A stretch of DNA of 64,000 bases, taken from positions 32,001-96,000 of IMG/VR virus record IMGVR_UViG_3300032313_001465, one strand, 5' to 3'. The DNA comes from a virus. Positions 36,955 through 45,761 of the stretch are shown piece after piece (position 1 is the first letter of the stretch; each line of letters starts with the position of its first letter). The position numbers and the translations under genes were made by a program. The notes beneath the pieces were generated by a model, which was given only the letters and a program-made list of their open reading frames with translations, was not told the DNA's origin and searched no databases.

Positions 36955-37495
36955 ATGGATTTAATTTGTATAAACGACACATACTCACCCGATACTTTAG
37001 AATTTTGGGCTAAAAACGGAGTTTGGTACCCTTGGAAAGATAGGATATATTCATTAAGAAATTCTCAAAGACATACAAACGGTAAGATAGGAATTAGAGT
37101 AAATGAAATTATTAATCCAGCGATTCCTGTAAAACACAATATCCTTACGCAAATTATAGTAGAGCCGACTTTCAATATTTTACGGTTTGCTTTATTAACA
37201 GGAGAAACATTAACTAAAGAAATAATAGAACAAGTAGAACATGAGATATCAAAATAAAGAACAAATGAGAGTAGATTATATTAGGATGAGAAGCGATAAT
37301 GCGCTTTACCTTGACCTATTCTATGAAATTTACCTTCATAAAAATCAAAAACAAAACTTAGATTTTAATACATTTGCTCATACATTTCAAATATACATGC
37401 ATTCTACCGGATTTTCGCTATTGAATGATATGGATATTTATTTTAATGTGGTTAAGGTCTTAGATAAAGATAAACATATTATTAAGTGGATGTAA
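36955..37495 (+). CDS. Two hypothetical proteins (36955-37257, 37241-37495)
   Basis: ORF track. Confidence 0.6.
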
Positions 37496-37561
37496 ACGTC
37501 ATGTAGACGTCATACGAGAAATTTGGCGAAGCGAAACAATGGTCGTATATTGATGTATAAT
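37496..37561 (+). promoter_or_regulatory. 66-bp early promoter element, copy 18
   Basis: ACGTCAT-N4-ACGTCAT... Confidence 0.85.
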
Positions 37562-37576
37562 AAAAAAATAAAGGTT

Positions 37577-37822
37577 ATGACACAAACAACAATTAAATAC
37601 TACGAAGGTTCAGTTGAATTTTATACTGTTAATTCAGCAAATGAAGTTAAACAATTGAATAAGTATGTTTTAAGTACATTTAAACATAAGTGTGCTTCTA
37701 AGAAAAGAATTGATGGTGAGCTTTGGGCTGAGGTTTTTGAAAATGGTAAATCGATTTCTAGATTTATATATAATCCAAAACAAGGTTTAAAAGTATTTTC
37801 AACACAAGAATTATCTAAATAA
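37577..37822 (+). CDS. Hypothetical protein
   Basis: ATG 37577 after AAAGGTT leader. Confidence 0.65.
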   Translation: MTQTTIKYYEGSVEFYTVNSANEVKQLNKYVLSTFKHKCASKKRIDGELWAEVFENGKSISRFIYNPKQGLKVFSTQELSK

Positions 37823-37823
37823 T

Positions 37824-38252
37824 ATGGCTTTATACGATTGCACAATACAATACGACATGTTTAGTAGTGAAGTTAACCAAATAATATATTCAGAAGGTCC
37901 TTTAGCTTTACAACCTAAAAAACAAGGTATATCATCATCACATGTTAAACGTTTTTTCTATGAGGTAGAATCAATAGTAGCGCCTCAATTACTTAAGATA
38001 AGAGACCAAAAATACATTATTCCTAACTGGCAACCCGTTCATCTTAATACTGAATTAACTGATATTATTTGGATAAAACCAAAATCAGATAAAGTGATTG
38101 TTGAAAAAGAACAATGGGAATTTTTAGGATCTGATGGTGTAAGTAAATATTTTGTTAGAAAAACAGGTAATCAGTTTAAATGTACTTGTCCTGGATACTA
38201 TCGTTCATTTACTAGAGAATGTAAACATATTAAAGAATGTAAATTAAAATAA
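37824..38252 (+). CDS. SWIM zinc-finger protein
   Basis: CTCPG...CKH. Confidence 0.75.
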   Translation: MALYDCTIQYDMFSSEVNQIIYSEGPLALQPKKQGISSSHVKRFFYEVESIVAPQLLKIRDQKYIIPNWQPVHLNTELTDIIWIKPKSDKVIVEKEQWEFLGSDGVSKYFVRKTGNQFKCTCPGYYRSFTRECKHIKECKLK

Positions 38253-38253
38253 A

Positions 38254-39786
38254 ATGGAAACAGCACAATTGATTCAAAAAGTTTATAGAGTAAACTTTAT
38301 ATATAAAGGAGAAAATTATTTTTCAATAATTACCGAAGATCTTCTTTCTGATAAAGTTAATTTAGAAGTTATTATGAAGGAAAGAAATAGAGTAGCAATT
38401 GATAGCGATGAAGAAATTTATAAAAATCTTGAAAAAATAACATATGAGCAATATACAGCAACCAAAAAGAGGTAGACCATCACGTGAAGATGCAGTAGTT
38501 GAGTCTAAATTTACTAGACGATTCGATGATGAAAATGGAGATTATTCAATTTGGACGTTTGATTTAAATAAAAATTCTAATGGACCAATAAAAACAGAAA
38601 CGTTTTATAAAAAAATCCCAACCACATTTGATCAAGATCAAGAGAAACTACCATTAACAAAACGAAAATTTGTTAATGAAGAAAATAATAAAGTAGTTTC
38701 GTATCAAAGAGCTAAAGCTTTAAATATCATATAATGGCAGAAAAAAGAGGTTGGACAGATAAAAGCATTTATGACTTTAACCCATCAGCATTTTTAGAGA
38801 TTTTACTCAATGAACAATGGTTTAGAGTAACTTGTGAGGACTTTAGAAGTTTTGATGGTCCTAGAAGAATTACTCATTGGAAAGATAGAGAAAAAATATG
38901 TTCTGATTACTATGGGCCCGTTTACTTTCATCGTACTAATAAAAAAGCAGATCCAACTAATAGTAATACAATATTATATATTTCTACTGACTTAAATAAG
39001 GTACAAAAGTTAAAGAATAGAGATATGAAACGTGGGAAATTGGAAGAAGATTATTACATTTAAATAAATAAAGGTTATGAATAGAAAAGAAATAGTAGAA
39101 ACGTATTTAAAAAATACAATAGAGTTTTTAGAAGAAAATGAATTTTTTGAAGACGTTCTAAATGAAGATGGTATTCAAGATATTGATAAATTTAGGGAAT
39201 TATTTCTATACGAATTAGAAATTAAAATATTAGACGCTTATGATAAACATAAATCGCCTGTATTAACTGAAGAAGAGTTTCTTGATGCTACCAAGTTAGC
39301 TATTGTAGGGTGTCATTTAGAATCTTTAAAAGATAAAGGATTAATTCAATCTGAATTCGATTTAGAATCAGGAGAAATAGTTTACTCTTTAAATAAAGAT
39401 ATCTCTTTAGATGATGATGGCGGATATGGAATGTATGATCATTAATTAAAATAATATAAATGCAAACACAAACTTACATAAACAACGACCAAATTATTAA
39501 ATTCAATATCTCTCCAGATCATAATTCAATTATTGTTATTTTGGAAGATATAGGAATGGGTGATGAATATATCTTAGCCAAGTTAATAGGAGGTAAATAT
39601 GAGTGGGTAAGTGAAAAAAATAAGAATTTATACTTTTCTTTATTCAGAAAATATATTTACTTAAAAAGGCACTTAAAAAAGGCAATTAAATTACTTGATA
39701 ATAGTAATACCGATAATGATCTAAAAATTAGAATGCAGTGTTTTAAAAGAAAATTTTCAATACAAGTATCAAAAATATTAAAATAA
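38254..39786 (+). CDS. Five hypothetical proteins (38254, 38444 with AT-hook, 38734, 39077, 39460)
   Basis: Contiguous ORFs; KRGRP in 38444. Confidence 0.6.
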
Positions 39787-39849
39787 AAGAAAAATAGTTG
39801 AGAACTTGGTAAAGAAAAAATGGGTTATATATATAATATAAATAAACAT

Positions 39850-39923
39850 GCTGCGTTAGGCAAATTGGTTAAGCCGCTACCCTTTCACGGTAGAAATTGA
39901 GGGTTCGAGCCCCTTACGCAGTA
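39850..39923 (+). tRNA. tRNA-Glu (TTC)
   Basis: GCTGCGT/ACGCAGT; CTACC-CTTTCAC-GGTAG; GAGGG-TTCGAGC-CCCTT. Confidence 0.92.
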
Positions 39924-39931
39924 CTTTTTAT

Positions 39932-40003
39932 TGCCCTTTCGTCTAATTGGCAGGACAAATGATTTTGGTTCATTAAATTGGAGTTCGAATCTCTGAGGGG
40001 CAA
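39932..40003 (+). tRNA. tRNA-Gln (TTG)
   Basis: TGCCCTT/AGGGGCA; AATGA-TTTTGGT-TCATT; TTCGAAT T-loop. Confidence 0.9.
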
Positions 40004-40008
40004 CATAT

Positions 40009-40084
40009 CGCGGGATAGGGCAGTTGGTAGCCCGCTAGGCTCATAACCTAGAGGTCGTGGGTTCGAATCCCACTCCCGCAACCA
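40009..40084 (+). tRNA. tRNA-Met (CAT), initiator type
   Basis: C1:A72 mismatch, CTAGG-CTCATAA-CCTAG, encoded CCA. Confidence 0.92.
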
Positions 40085-40122
40085 AGTAAGTAACAGTTCT
40101 TTGACATATAGGAGATAAAAAC

Positions 40123-40446
40123 ATGGAAATATTATCATTTGCTTTTGGTATGCTTTCGATGATTGCAGTAGGTTTAATTGCTGTAGTTGTTGTGGGTATA
40201 GTAAAGGTAATAAAAATGCAAAATCAAATAAACAATTTAGATCGTATGACTGAAAGTGGTCATGATCAAATTCACAATCGTGTTACCAACGAATACGAAC
40301 ACCTTAGTAATGTTATTGAGAGTGATCGTAGGGAGTTGAATTCAAGAATCGATGAACTACTCAGTCACGTTGATTCAAGAATCGATAAAACTGAAAACAA
40401 AATGAAAAACGGCAATATTGTCACAAAACAAACCATTAACGGTTAA
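40123..40446 (+). CDS. Single-TM coiled-coil protein bracketed by inverted repeats
   Basis: N-terminal TM; AGGAGA SD-like sequence; inverted repeat at 40085-40105 / 40452-40473. Confidence 0.7.
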   Translation: MEILSFAFGMLSMIAVGLIAVVVVGIVKVIKMQNQINNLDRMTESGHDQIHNRVTNEYEHLSNVIESDRRELNSRIDELLSHVDSRIDKTENKMKNGNIVTKQTING

Positions 40447-40482
40447 AAATAGTTAATAGAGCTGTTACTTACTATCTTATAT

Positions 40483-40858
40483 GGGGGTGTCAAGGCATCG
40501 ATTGGCAGTCGTAGTTTTTTAGATGCAGGCAGGATAAGATGGAAATCCTTATAAGACTATCAAACAACAACCGCAGTAGAATTATCTACAATGACCTTCG
40601 AAGATGCAATGTCTTTTGTTGGTGCTGACTTAGCAGTAGCTGCCTAGTCGCTCCCGTATCACTCACGGGACTTAAAAAAGAAGTGAAGCTCAGGTGGAAA
40701 AGTGATTGAACCTAAAAATCGAATCACCTATTGTTTGTTGGTTGCCGATGGTAAAGAACCAACCGAATATTTTGTTAGTTAAGAAAAACTGACTAAGCCT
40801 GTGAATGAGTCTAAGAAATTAGCTGAGCAAGACGGAGATTCGAATTCTCCCACCTCCA
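40483..40858 (+). ncRNA. ssrA: tmRNA
   Basis: GGGGGTG/CACCTCC acceptor with G3:U70, GGAGA-TTCGAAT-TCTCC T-arm, tag ORF 40573-40647 AVELSTMTFEDAMSFVGADLAVAA*. Confidence 0.92.
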
Positions 40859-40863
40859 CAAAT

Positions 40864-40891
40864 AAGCCTACTTTTAAGTGGGCTTTCTTTT
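40864..40891 (+). terminator. Intrinsic terminator after tmRNA
   Basis: AAGCCTAC-TTTTAA-GTGGGCTT-TCTTTT. Confidence 0.75.
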
Positions 40892-40931
40892 ACCTTTTAT
40901 TAAATTAACCATATTTATTATAAACGACATA

Positions 40932-41177
40932 ATGAAATTAATTAATTGGTTAAGTAATGCTTTAAAAGATGAAAAGGGTAATCCATCATCAAAAAGAATT
41001 GTAGGTATCATGTGTGCTATTGCTTTGTGCATAACAATGTATCACAATAGTTTTTCACCAACAGAAACCGCTCCTTCTACTGCCTTAGTAGACGCTGTAG
41101 CATTGTTAGCTTTTGGCTGTTTAGGACTATCTTCTGTAGATAAATTTACTAATAGAAAATCAAAAGACGAAAATTAA
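40932..41177 (+). CDS. Putative holin (2 TM)
   Basis: SSKR + two TM segments + basic tail; precedes endolysin; ATG 40932 after ATATTTAT. Confidence 0.55.
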   Translation: MKLINWLSNALKDEKGNPSSKRIVGIMCAIALCITMYHNSFSPTETAPSTALVDAVALLAFGCLGLSSVDKFTNRKSKDEN

Positions 41178-41178
41178 T

Positions 41179-41778
41179 ATGAACTTAGAAAAATTAAAAG
41201 GACACATTCCAGATAGTGTTATAGCCCAAATTCCAAGTATTCAAACCAAATTTGAAATTAATACCCCGTTACGTTTAGCTCACTTTTTAGCTCAATGTGG
41301 TCACGAATCAGGAGGGTTTAAAGTGTTAAGAGAAAATTTAAACTACGGAGCAAAGGGATTAAGAACTATTTTTGGTAAATATTTCCCAACTGATGCTTTA
41401 GCTTTACAATACGAAAGAAAACCTGAAAAAATAGCAAATAGAGTATATGCAAATCGAATGATGAATGGTGATGAAGCTTCAGGTGATGGGTATAAATTTT
41501 GTGGTAGAGGTTTTATTCAATTAACTGGGAAAGAAAATTATACTAATTTTGGTAAAGCTATTGAAGTAGATCTTACTGCAACTCCTGACTTAGTTGCTAC
41601 TCAATATCCACTATTATCTGCTGCTTGGTTCTTCCACAAAAATGGTTTACACAAACTTGCCGATGGTGGGGCTACTGATGCTGTAGTAACTTCTGTAACT
41701 AAAAGAGTAAATGGTGGAGTAATTGGTTTAGCTGATCGTATTAAACATTTTAATGAATATTATAGCTTACTTAAATAA
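41179..41778 (+). CDS. GH19 chitinase-like endolysin
   Basis: AHFLAQCGHESGGF, ENLNY, GRGFIQLTGKENY, VTKRVNGG. Confidence 0.92.
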   Translation: MNLEKLKGHIPDSVIAQIPSIQTKFEINTPLRLAHFLAQCGHESGGFKVLRENLNYGAKGLRTIFGKYFPTDALALQYERKPEKIANRVYANRMMNGDEASGDGYKFCGRGFIQLTGKENYTNFGKAIEVDLTATPDLVATQYPLLSAAWFFHKNGLHKLADGGATDAVVTSVTKRVNGGVIGLADRIKHFNEYYSLLK

Positions 41779-42077
41779 TGTTTAGTACTGGAAATGTATG
41801 GCTAACTACTTTTGCTGTAATGTTTGGCATTGCTTTTATAGCAGCTGGTGTGTATTATGTAAATAAACTTTTTATAAACTCTACAAAGGATATTCTTGTT
41901 AGGTTTATATTATTAGTATTTGCAGCATTAGTTGGTGTATTTATAGTAGATAAAGTAATAGCATTTGGAATGCCATTGCTATCTGATCACCAGAACGACC
42001 AACTATTTGACTTAATTAAGACTTTGACTTTAATGATATTCTCTTATTATTTTGGAACACAAAAACAAGAAAAATAA
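41778..42077 (+). CDS. Membrane protein (3 TM), possible lysis accessory
   Basis: Hydrophobic; YYFG C-terminus. Confidence 0.6.
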   Translation: MFSTGNVWLTTFAVMFGIAFIAAGVYYVNKLFINSTKDILVRFILLVFAALVGVFIVDKVIAFGMPLLSDHQNDQLFDLIKTLTLMIFSYYFGTQKQEK

Positions 42078-42098
42078 ATATTTTTTAAATTAATATAA

Positions 42099-42130
42099 AA
42101 GACCCACACTATTTGTGGGTTCTTCTTTCT
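42099..42130 (+). terminator. Intrinsic terminator after lysis cassette
   Basis: GACCCAC-N7-GTGGGTT-CTTCTTTCT. Confidence 0.65.
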
Positions 42131-42146
42131 TATAATATTTATCAAT

Positions 42147-42563
42147 ATGGATGTAAATAAAATTTTTGATTTATTTGGTGACAAATATGATGAAGGCGAT
42201 AAAAAGACCATAAACAACGTTTTAATCGACTTCACTCGGTTACCTGAATATAATGCGCGAATGTTTATAAAATCGTTTTTAAACAGTGAGGTATTAGAAA
42301 AGAAAATGGATAAACTTTTAAAAAATACCAATATCGACGAATTGGATATTGCTGAGATTAGTAATAAATTGGTCTATAATATGGCATGGAAATATATCTC
42401 AGAATTAGATTTAGATCAAGAATATGATATCATGGTAATTAAAAATATAAAGGAAAAAGAATTTGATATTGGATTAAATAATTCAATGAAATATTTTGAA
42501 AGAATGGAGGAATATGAGAAATGTGCTTTCATATGTAAAATAAAGAACCTTCGAGAAGATTAA
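42147..42563 (+). CDS. Hypothetical protein with UVR-like C-terminus
   Basis: FERMEEYEKCAFI. Confidence 0.65.
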   Translation: MDVNKIFDLFGDKYDEGDKKTINNVLIDFTRLPEYNARMFIKSFLNSEVLEKKMDKLLKNTNIDELDIAEISNKLVYNMAWKYISELDLDQEYDIMVIKNIKEKEFDIGLNNSMKYFERMEEYEKCAFICKIKNLRED

Positions 42564-42633
42564 AGAAAAATTTGGAGACCCAAGAAATCTTCATTAACTT
42601 AAGAAAATTATAAACAATTAAACATATTAAATA

Positions 42634-42834
42634 ATGAGAAACAGAAACACAGTTTTAAAAAAAGTAGAAAATATAGAAGGGAAATTAAAACAATTAAAGT
42701 TTTGTGTCCAAAGAGGAGCTGAATTAAATGAATATTTAGACGCTTTGGCATTAGCAGAGGAAGAATTATCAGAATTAAAATCATGTATTGAAAGAGAGCC
42801 AATGTCTCCTGAAGAAATGAATCCATACCTTTAA
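42634..42834 (+). CDS. Small coiled-coil protein
   Basis: After TTTG-N20-TAACTT promoter. Confidence 0.6.
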   Translation: MRNRNTVLKKVENIEGKLKQLKFCVQRGAELNEYLDALALAEEELSELKSCIEREPMSPEEMNPYL

Positions 42835-42848
42835 AATATAAAATAGTT

Positions 42849-43526
42849 ATGAAATTAGCCCAAGAAAAACCATTAGAAGGTGTTATTTATATAACAACAA
42901 ATTTAATTAATGGGAAAAAATATATTGGGTCGGATTCTAATAATGATAAATATTATTATGGTTCAGGGGTTAATTTAAAACTAGCAATTAAGAAATATGG
43001 AAAATCTAACTTTAAAAAAGATATTTTATGTTATTGCCCCTTAGATAAATTAAGGGAAATGGAAGAATATTACTGTCACTATTATAATGTAGAGAAAAGT
43101 CAACTATTTTATAATTGTACTAATAAAGGGTTAGGTTCAATAAAAGGAATTCCTCATAAAAGAAATAAAAAAGTGTTGCAGTATGATTTACAAGGTAATT
43201 TCCTTCAGGAGTGGGATTCATATACTGATGTATGTAGTAAATTAAATATTAAAACATTAGGATCTGCTTTAAAAGGAGAACAAAAAACTGCAGGTGGGTT
43301 TATTTGGAAATATAAAACAAATGAAGACTTTCCAAAAGTAATATCATCCTTTAAAGATGATAGACTTAAAGATAAACCTATATTACAAATTGATTCAAAT
43401 GGTATTGTGATTAATGAATTTTATTCAATGTGGGAAACTAGAAAAACATTTAAAGAACCTTCTAATATACGAAATGCTTTAATAAAAGGATGTAAAGCTT
43501 ATAATTTTTATTGGAAATTTAAATAA
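42849..43526 (+). CDS. GIY-YIG homing endonuclease with NUMOD1-type domains (Seg-like)
   Basis: VIYITTNLINGKKYIG, YYGSG, FYN; QYDLQG...AGGFIWKY repeats. Confidence 0.88.
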   Translation: MKLAQEKPLEGVIYITTNLINGKKYIGSDSNNDKYYYGSGVNLKLAIKKYGKSNFKKDILCYCPLDKLREMEEYYCHYYNVEKSQLFYNCTNKGLGSIKGIPHKRNKKVLQYDLQGNFLQEWDSYTDVCSKLNIKTLGSALKGEQKTAGGFIWKYKTNEDFPKVISSFKDDRLKDKPILQIDSNGIVINEFYSMWETRKTFKEPSNIRNALIKGCKAYNFYWKFK

Positions 43527-43543
43527 ATAAATACAAACAAAAT

Positions 43544-44317
43544 ATGAAACAAATATACACCCCAGAAGAAACACAAAAAATGTGGGATAGATTAATTAAT
43601 TATATTAATAATTATATAACTTCCCCCCGCAAAGAAAAACTAATAGAATTCTATCAGAAATATCAAGAAAGAATACTTTTTATGCCTGCCAGTCATTTAA
43701 AACAATATCATAACTGTCATGTATCAGGATATATAGATCATGTGTTAAGAGTTATTGAATGTGCTTTAGACTTACATAAACTTTGGGAAAAACATGGTGT
43801 AGATACTTCAACATATACTCTTGAAGAATTAGTATTCGCAGCATTAAATCATGACTTGGGAAAGTTAGGTGATGAAGAAAATGAAGCATATATCCCACAA
43901 ACCGATACATGGAGGAAAGATAAATTAGGTGAAGACTATATGTTTAATACTAAATTACCTTTTGCATCTGTTCCTGATAGAGGATTATATCTACTACAAT
44001 CACATGGAATTCAATATTCATTTAATGAAATGATTACTATTCAGATACATGATGGTTTATATGATGAAGCTAATAAAAAATATTTAATGGCTTTTACTCC
44101 CGAACAAAAACCAAGGACATCATTACCTTATATCGTTCATCAAGCTGATTTAATGGCAGCTAGAATAGAATTTGAAGTAGAATATTTGCCTAAATTCAGA
44201 AATGATACTCCTAAAAAAGAGAATAATTTTTCTATTAAAAAGGAAAATGGAAATAAGAGTAAAGCATTAGGTTCTATAAAGAGTGAAGGTTTAAAAAATA
44301 TGTTAAACAATATTTAA
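43544..44317 (+). CDS. HD-domain phosphohydrolase
   Basis: PAS...YH, HVLRV, HDLGK, HDG, HQAD. Confidence 0.85.
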   Translation: MKQIYTPEETQKMWDRLINYINNYITSPRKEKLIEFYQKYQERILFMPASHLKQYHNCHVSGYIDHVLRVIECALDLHKLWEKHGVDTSTYTLEELVFAALNHDLGKLGDEENEAYIPQTDTWRKDKLGEDYMFNTKLPFASVPDRGLYLLQSHGIQYSFNEMITIQIHDGLYDEANKKYLMAFTPEQKPRTSLPYIVHQADLMAARIEFEVEYLPKFRNDTPKKENNFSIKKENGNKSKALGSIKSEGLKNMLNNI

Positions 44318-44319
44318 TT

Positions 44320-44592
44320 ATGATTTATTTTATTATTCTCTTATTACTAATTATTGGGGTCTTAGTATTTATTCTTCTTAACCTTTTGAAGAAACAAGAA
44401 AAGATGGAAGACGCTGTCATTTCATATCAGGAGTATATTACCAAACTCACAAACGCTATTAATGAGTCAGATAAACTACTAAATAAGGTAGATGAAAGAG
44501 GAACATTTAGAAGTGATGATGAAGTTGGTTTTTTCTTTACATTTATTAAAAAAATTCAATCCGAGTTGAATGTATTTAAAATTGATCTATAA
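44320..44592 (+). CDS. Single-TM protein
   Basis: N-terminal TM; SDDEVGFFF. Confidence 0.65.
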   Translation: MIYFIILLLLIIGVLVFILLNLLKKQEKMEDAVISYQEYITKLTNAINESDKLLNKVDERGTFRSDDEVGFFFTFIKKIQSELNVFKIDL

Positions 44593-44594
44593 TT

Positions 44595-45374
44595 ATGGTT
44601 GAATTAAAAAGAAAGAAAAAAAGTAAAAATTACTTTACGCAAGAAACAGAAGACGCAATTGTACTATATAATAATACTATAGATACAGATGTTCGCAGTA
44701 AAATATATGGTGATAAAATTCACTATGCTTTTTTTAAGTTAACTGAAAATATAATTCACACCTTTAAATTTTACTATACTGAAGTAGATAATATTGAGGA
44801 TCTTCAGCATGAGATTATAACTTTCCTATTATCTAAAATTCATCTATTCAATCCAGCAAGAGGAGCAAAAGCATACTCATATTTTGGAACTATTGTAAAA
44901 CGATATTTAATTTTAAATAATAAGAAAAATTATAAAAAAAGAATTGAAGTAATTTCAATGAATGGTCATAGTGAAAAAGATAAGGAAAAACTTGAAGAAA
45001 ATATTGCTATAAATTCTTTAAACTCAAATCTAATAGAAAATGAAACGGAAATAGATATTAATGATCCATTATATTCTGATTATACACCAGTAGATAAATT
45101 ATCTAAATTTACTGATTTATGGATAAACTATTGTTCCGATAATTTATTTACTTTATTCCCTAAACCCCAAGATGCTTGTGTGGCAGATGCTATTTTAGAA
45201 TTATTTCGTAGTAGAGAAACTATAGATATTTTTAATAAAAAAGCATTATACATTTATATAAGAGAAATAATAGATGTTAAAGCTCCAAAAATAACTAAAA
45301 TATCAAATATACTACGTGATAATTTTAAAGAAAAATATACATTCTATTTAGAATATGGTTATTTTAAGTTTTAA
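44595..45374 (+). CDS. Putative phage late sigma-factor-like protein (gp55-like)
   Basis: KNYF, sigma region-2-like FNPARGAKAYSYFGTIVKRY; sits before structural genes. Confidence 0.55.
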   Translation: MVELKRKKKSKNYFTQETEDAIVLYNNTIDTDVRSKIYGDKIHYAFFKLTENIIHTFKFYYTEVDNIEDLQHEIITFLLSKIHLFNPARGAKAYSYFGTIVKRYLILNNKKNYKKRIEVISMNGHSEKDKEKLEENIAINSLNSNLIENETEIDINDPLYSDYTPVDKLSKFTDLWINYCSDNLFTLFPKPQDACVADAILELFRSRETIDIFNKKALYIYIREIIDVKAPKITKISNILRDNFKEKYTFYLEYGYFKF

Positions 45375-45382
45375 ATTGTGTA

Positions 45383-45390
45383 ATATTTAT
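45383..45390 (+). promoter_or_regulatory. Putative late promoter ATATTTAT (also 7665, 9291, 12199, 40911, 42135, 47946, 57593, 62546, 63839; variant 59349)
   Basis: Recurs about 4-18 nt before starts of structural, lysis and leader-bearing genes. Confidence 0.6.
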
Positions 45391-45395
45391 TATAA

Positions 45396-45761
45396 ATGAA
45401 ACCTAAAAGTCTAGACGCAATAATATTTGGGAAAAAGAAATTCGGAGATATTTTGGAGGAGATTTATACTAACCAAAAGAAGAAAGAAAATCAAATCTCA
45501 AATTTAATAAATGAATTGAAACCCCTAATCTCGGAAATAGGAGATGCTACTTTAGTGGTTCCCTTAATCAGAGACTATTTAGAAATGGGTATTAAAAATG
45601 ATGAGCAGCTTATAAAAATGGCTACTATTATTCAAAGATCTTTACAATCCTCAGGAACATCATCTGATGAATCATTTGGTATATCAGAAGAAGAAAAACA
45701 ACAACTTTTATCTGATATAAATAAACTTCACGATAAAAATAAAGATAATGGCGAAAAGTAG
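45396..45761 (+). CDS. Hypothetical virion-module protein
   Basis: Coiled coil; late motif upstream. Confidence 0.65.
   Translation: MKPKSLDAIIFGKKKFGDILEEIYTNQKKKENQISNLINELKPLISEIGDATLVVPLIRDYLEMGIKNDEQLIKMATIIQRSLQSSGTSSDESFGISEEEKQQLLSDINKLHDKNKDNGEK

Noticed and set aside
9779-37561. 66-bp repeats as CRISPR repeats or integron attC sites
   Set aside because: Dispersed, non-palindromic, always directly upstream of ATGs with a promoter-like consensus; no cas gene or integrase in the window.
40878-40931. GTG-start extension of the holin-like ORF (likewise upstream extensions at 32046, 35362, 37523)
   Set aside because: The extensions lie within a terminator, an RNA element or promoters; downstream ATGs were used.
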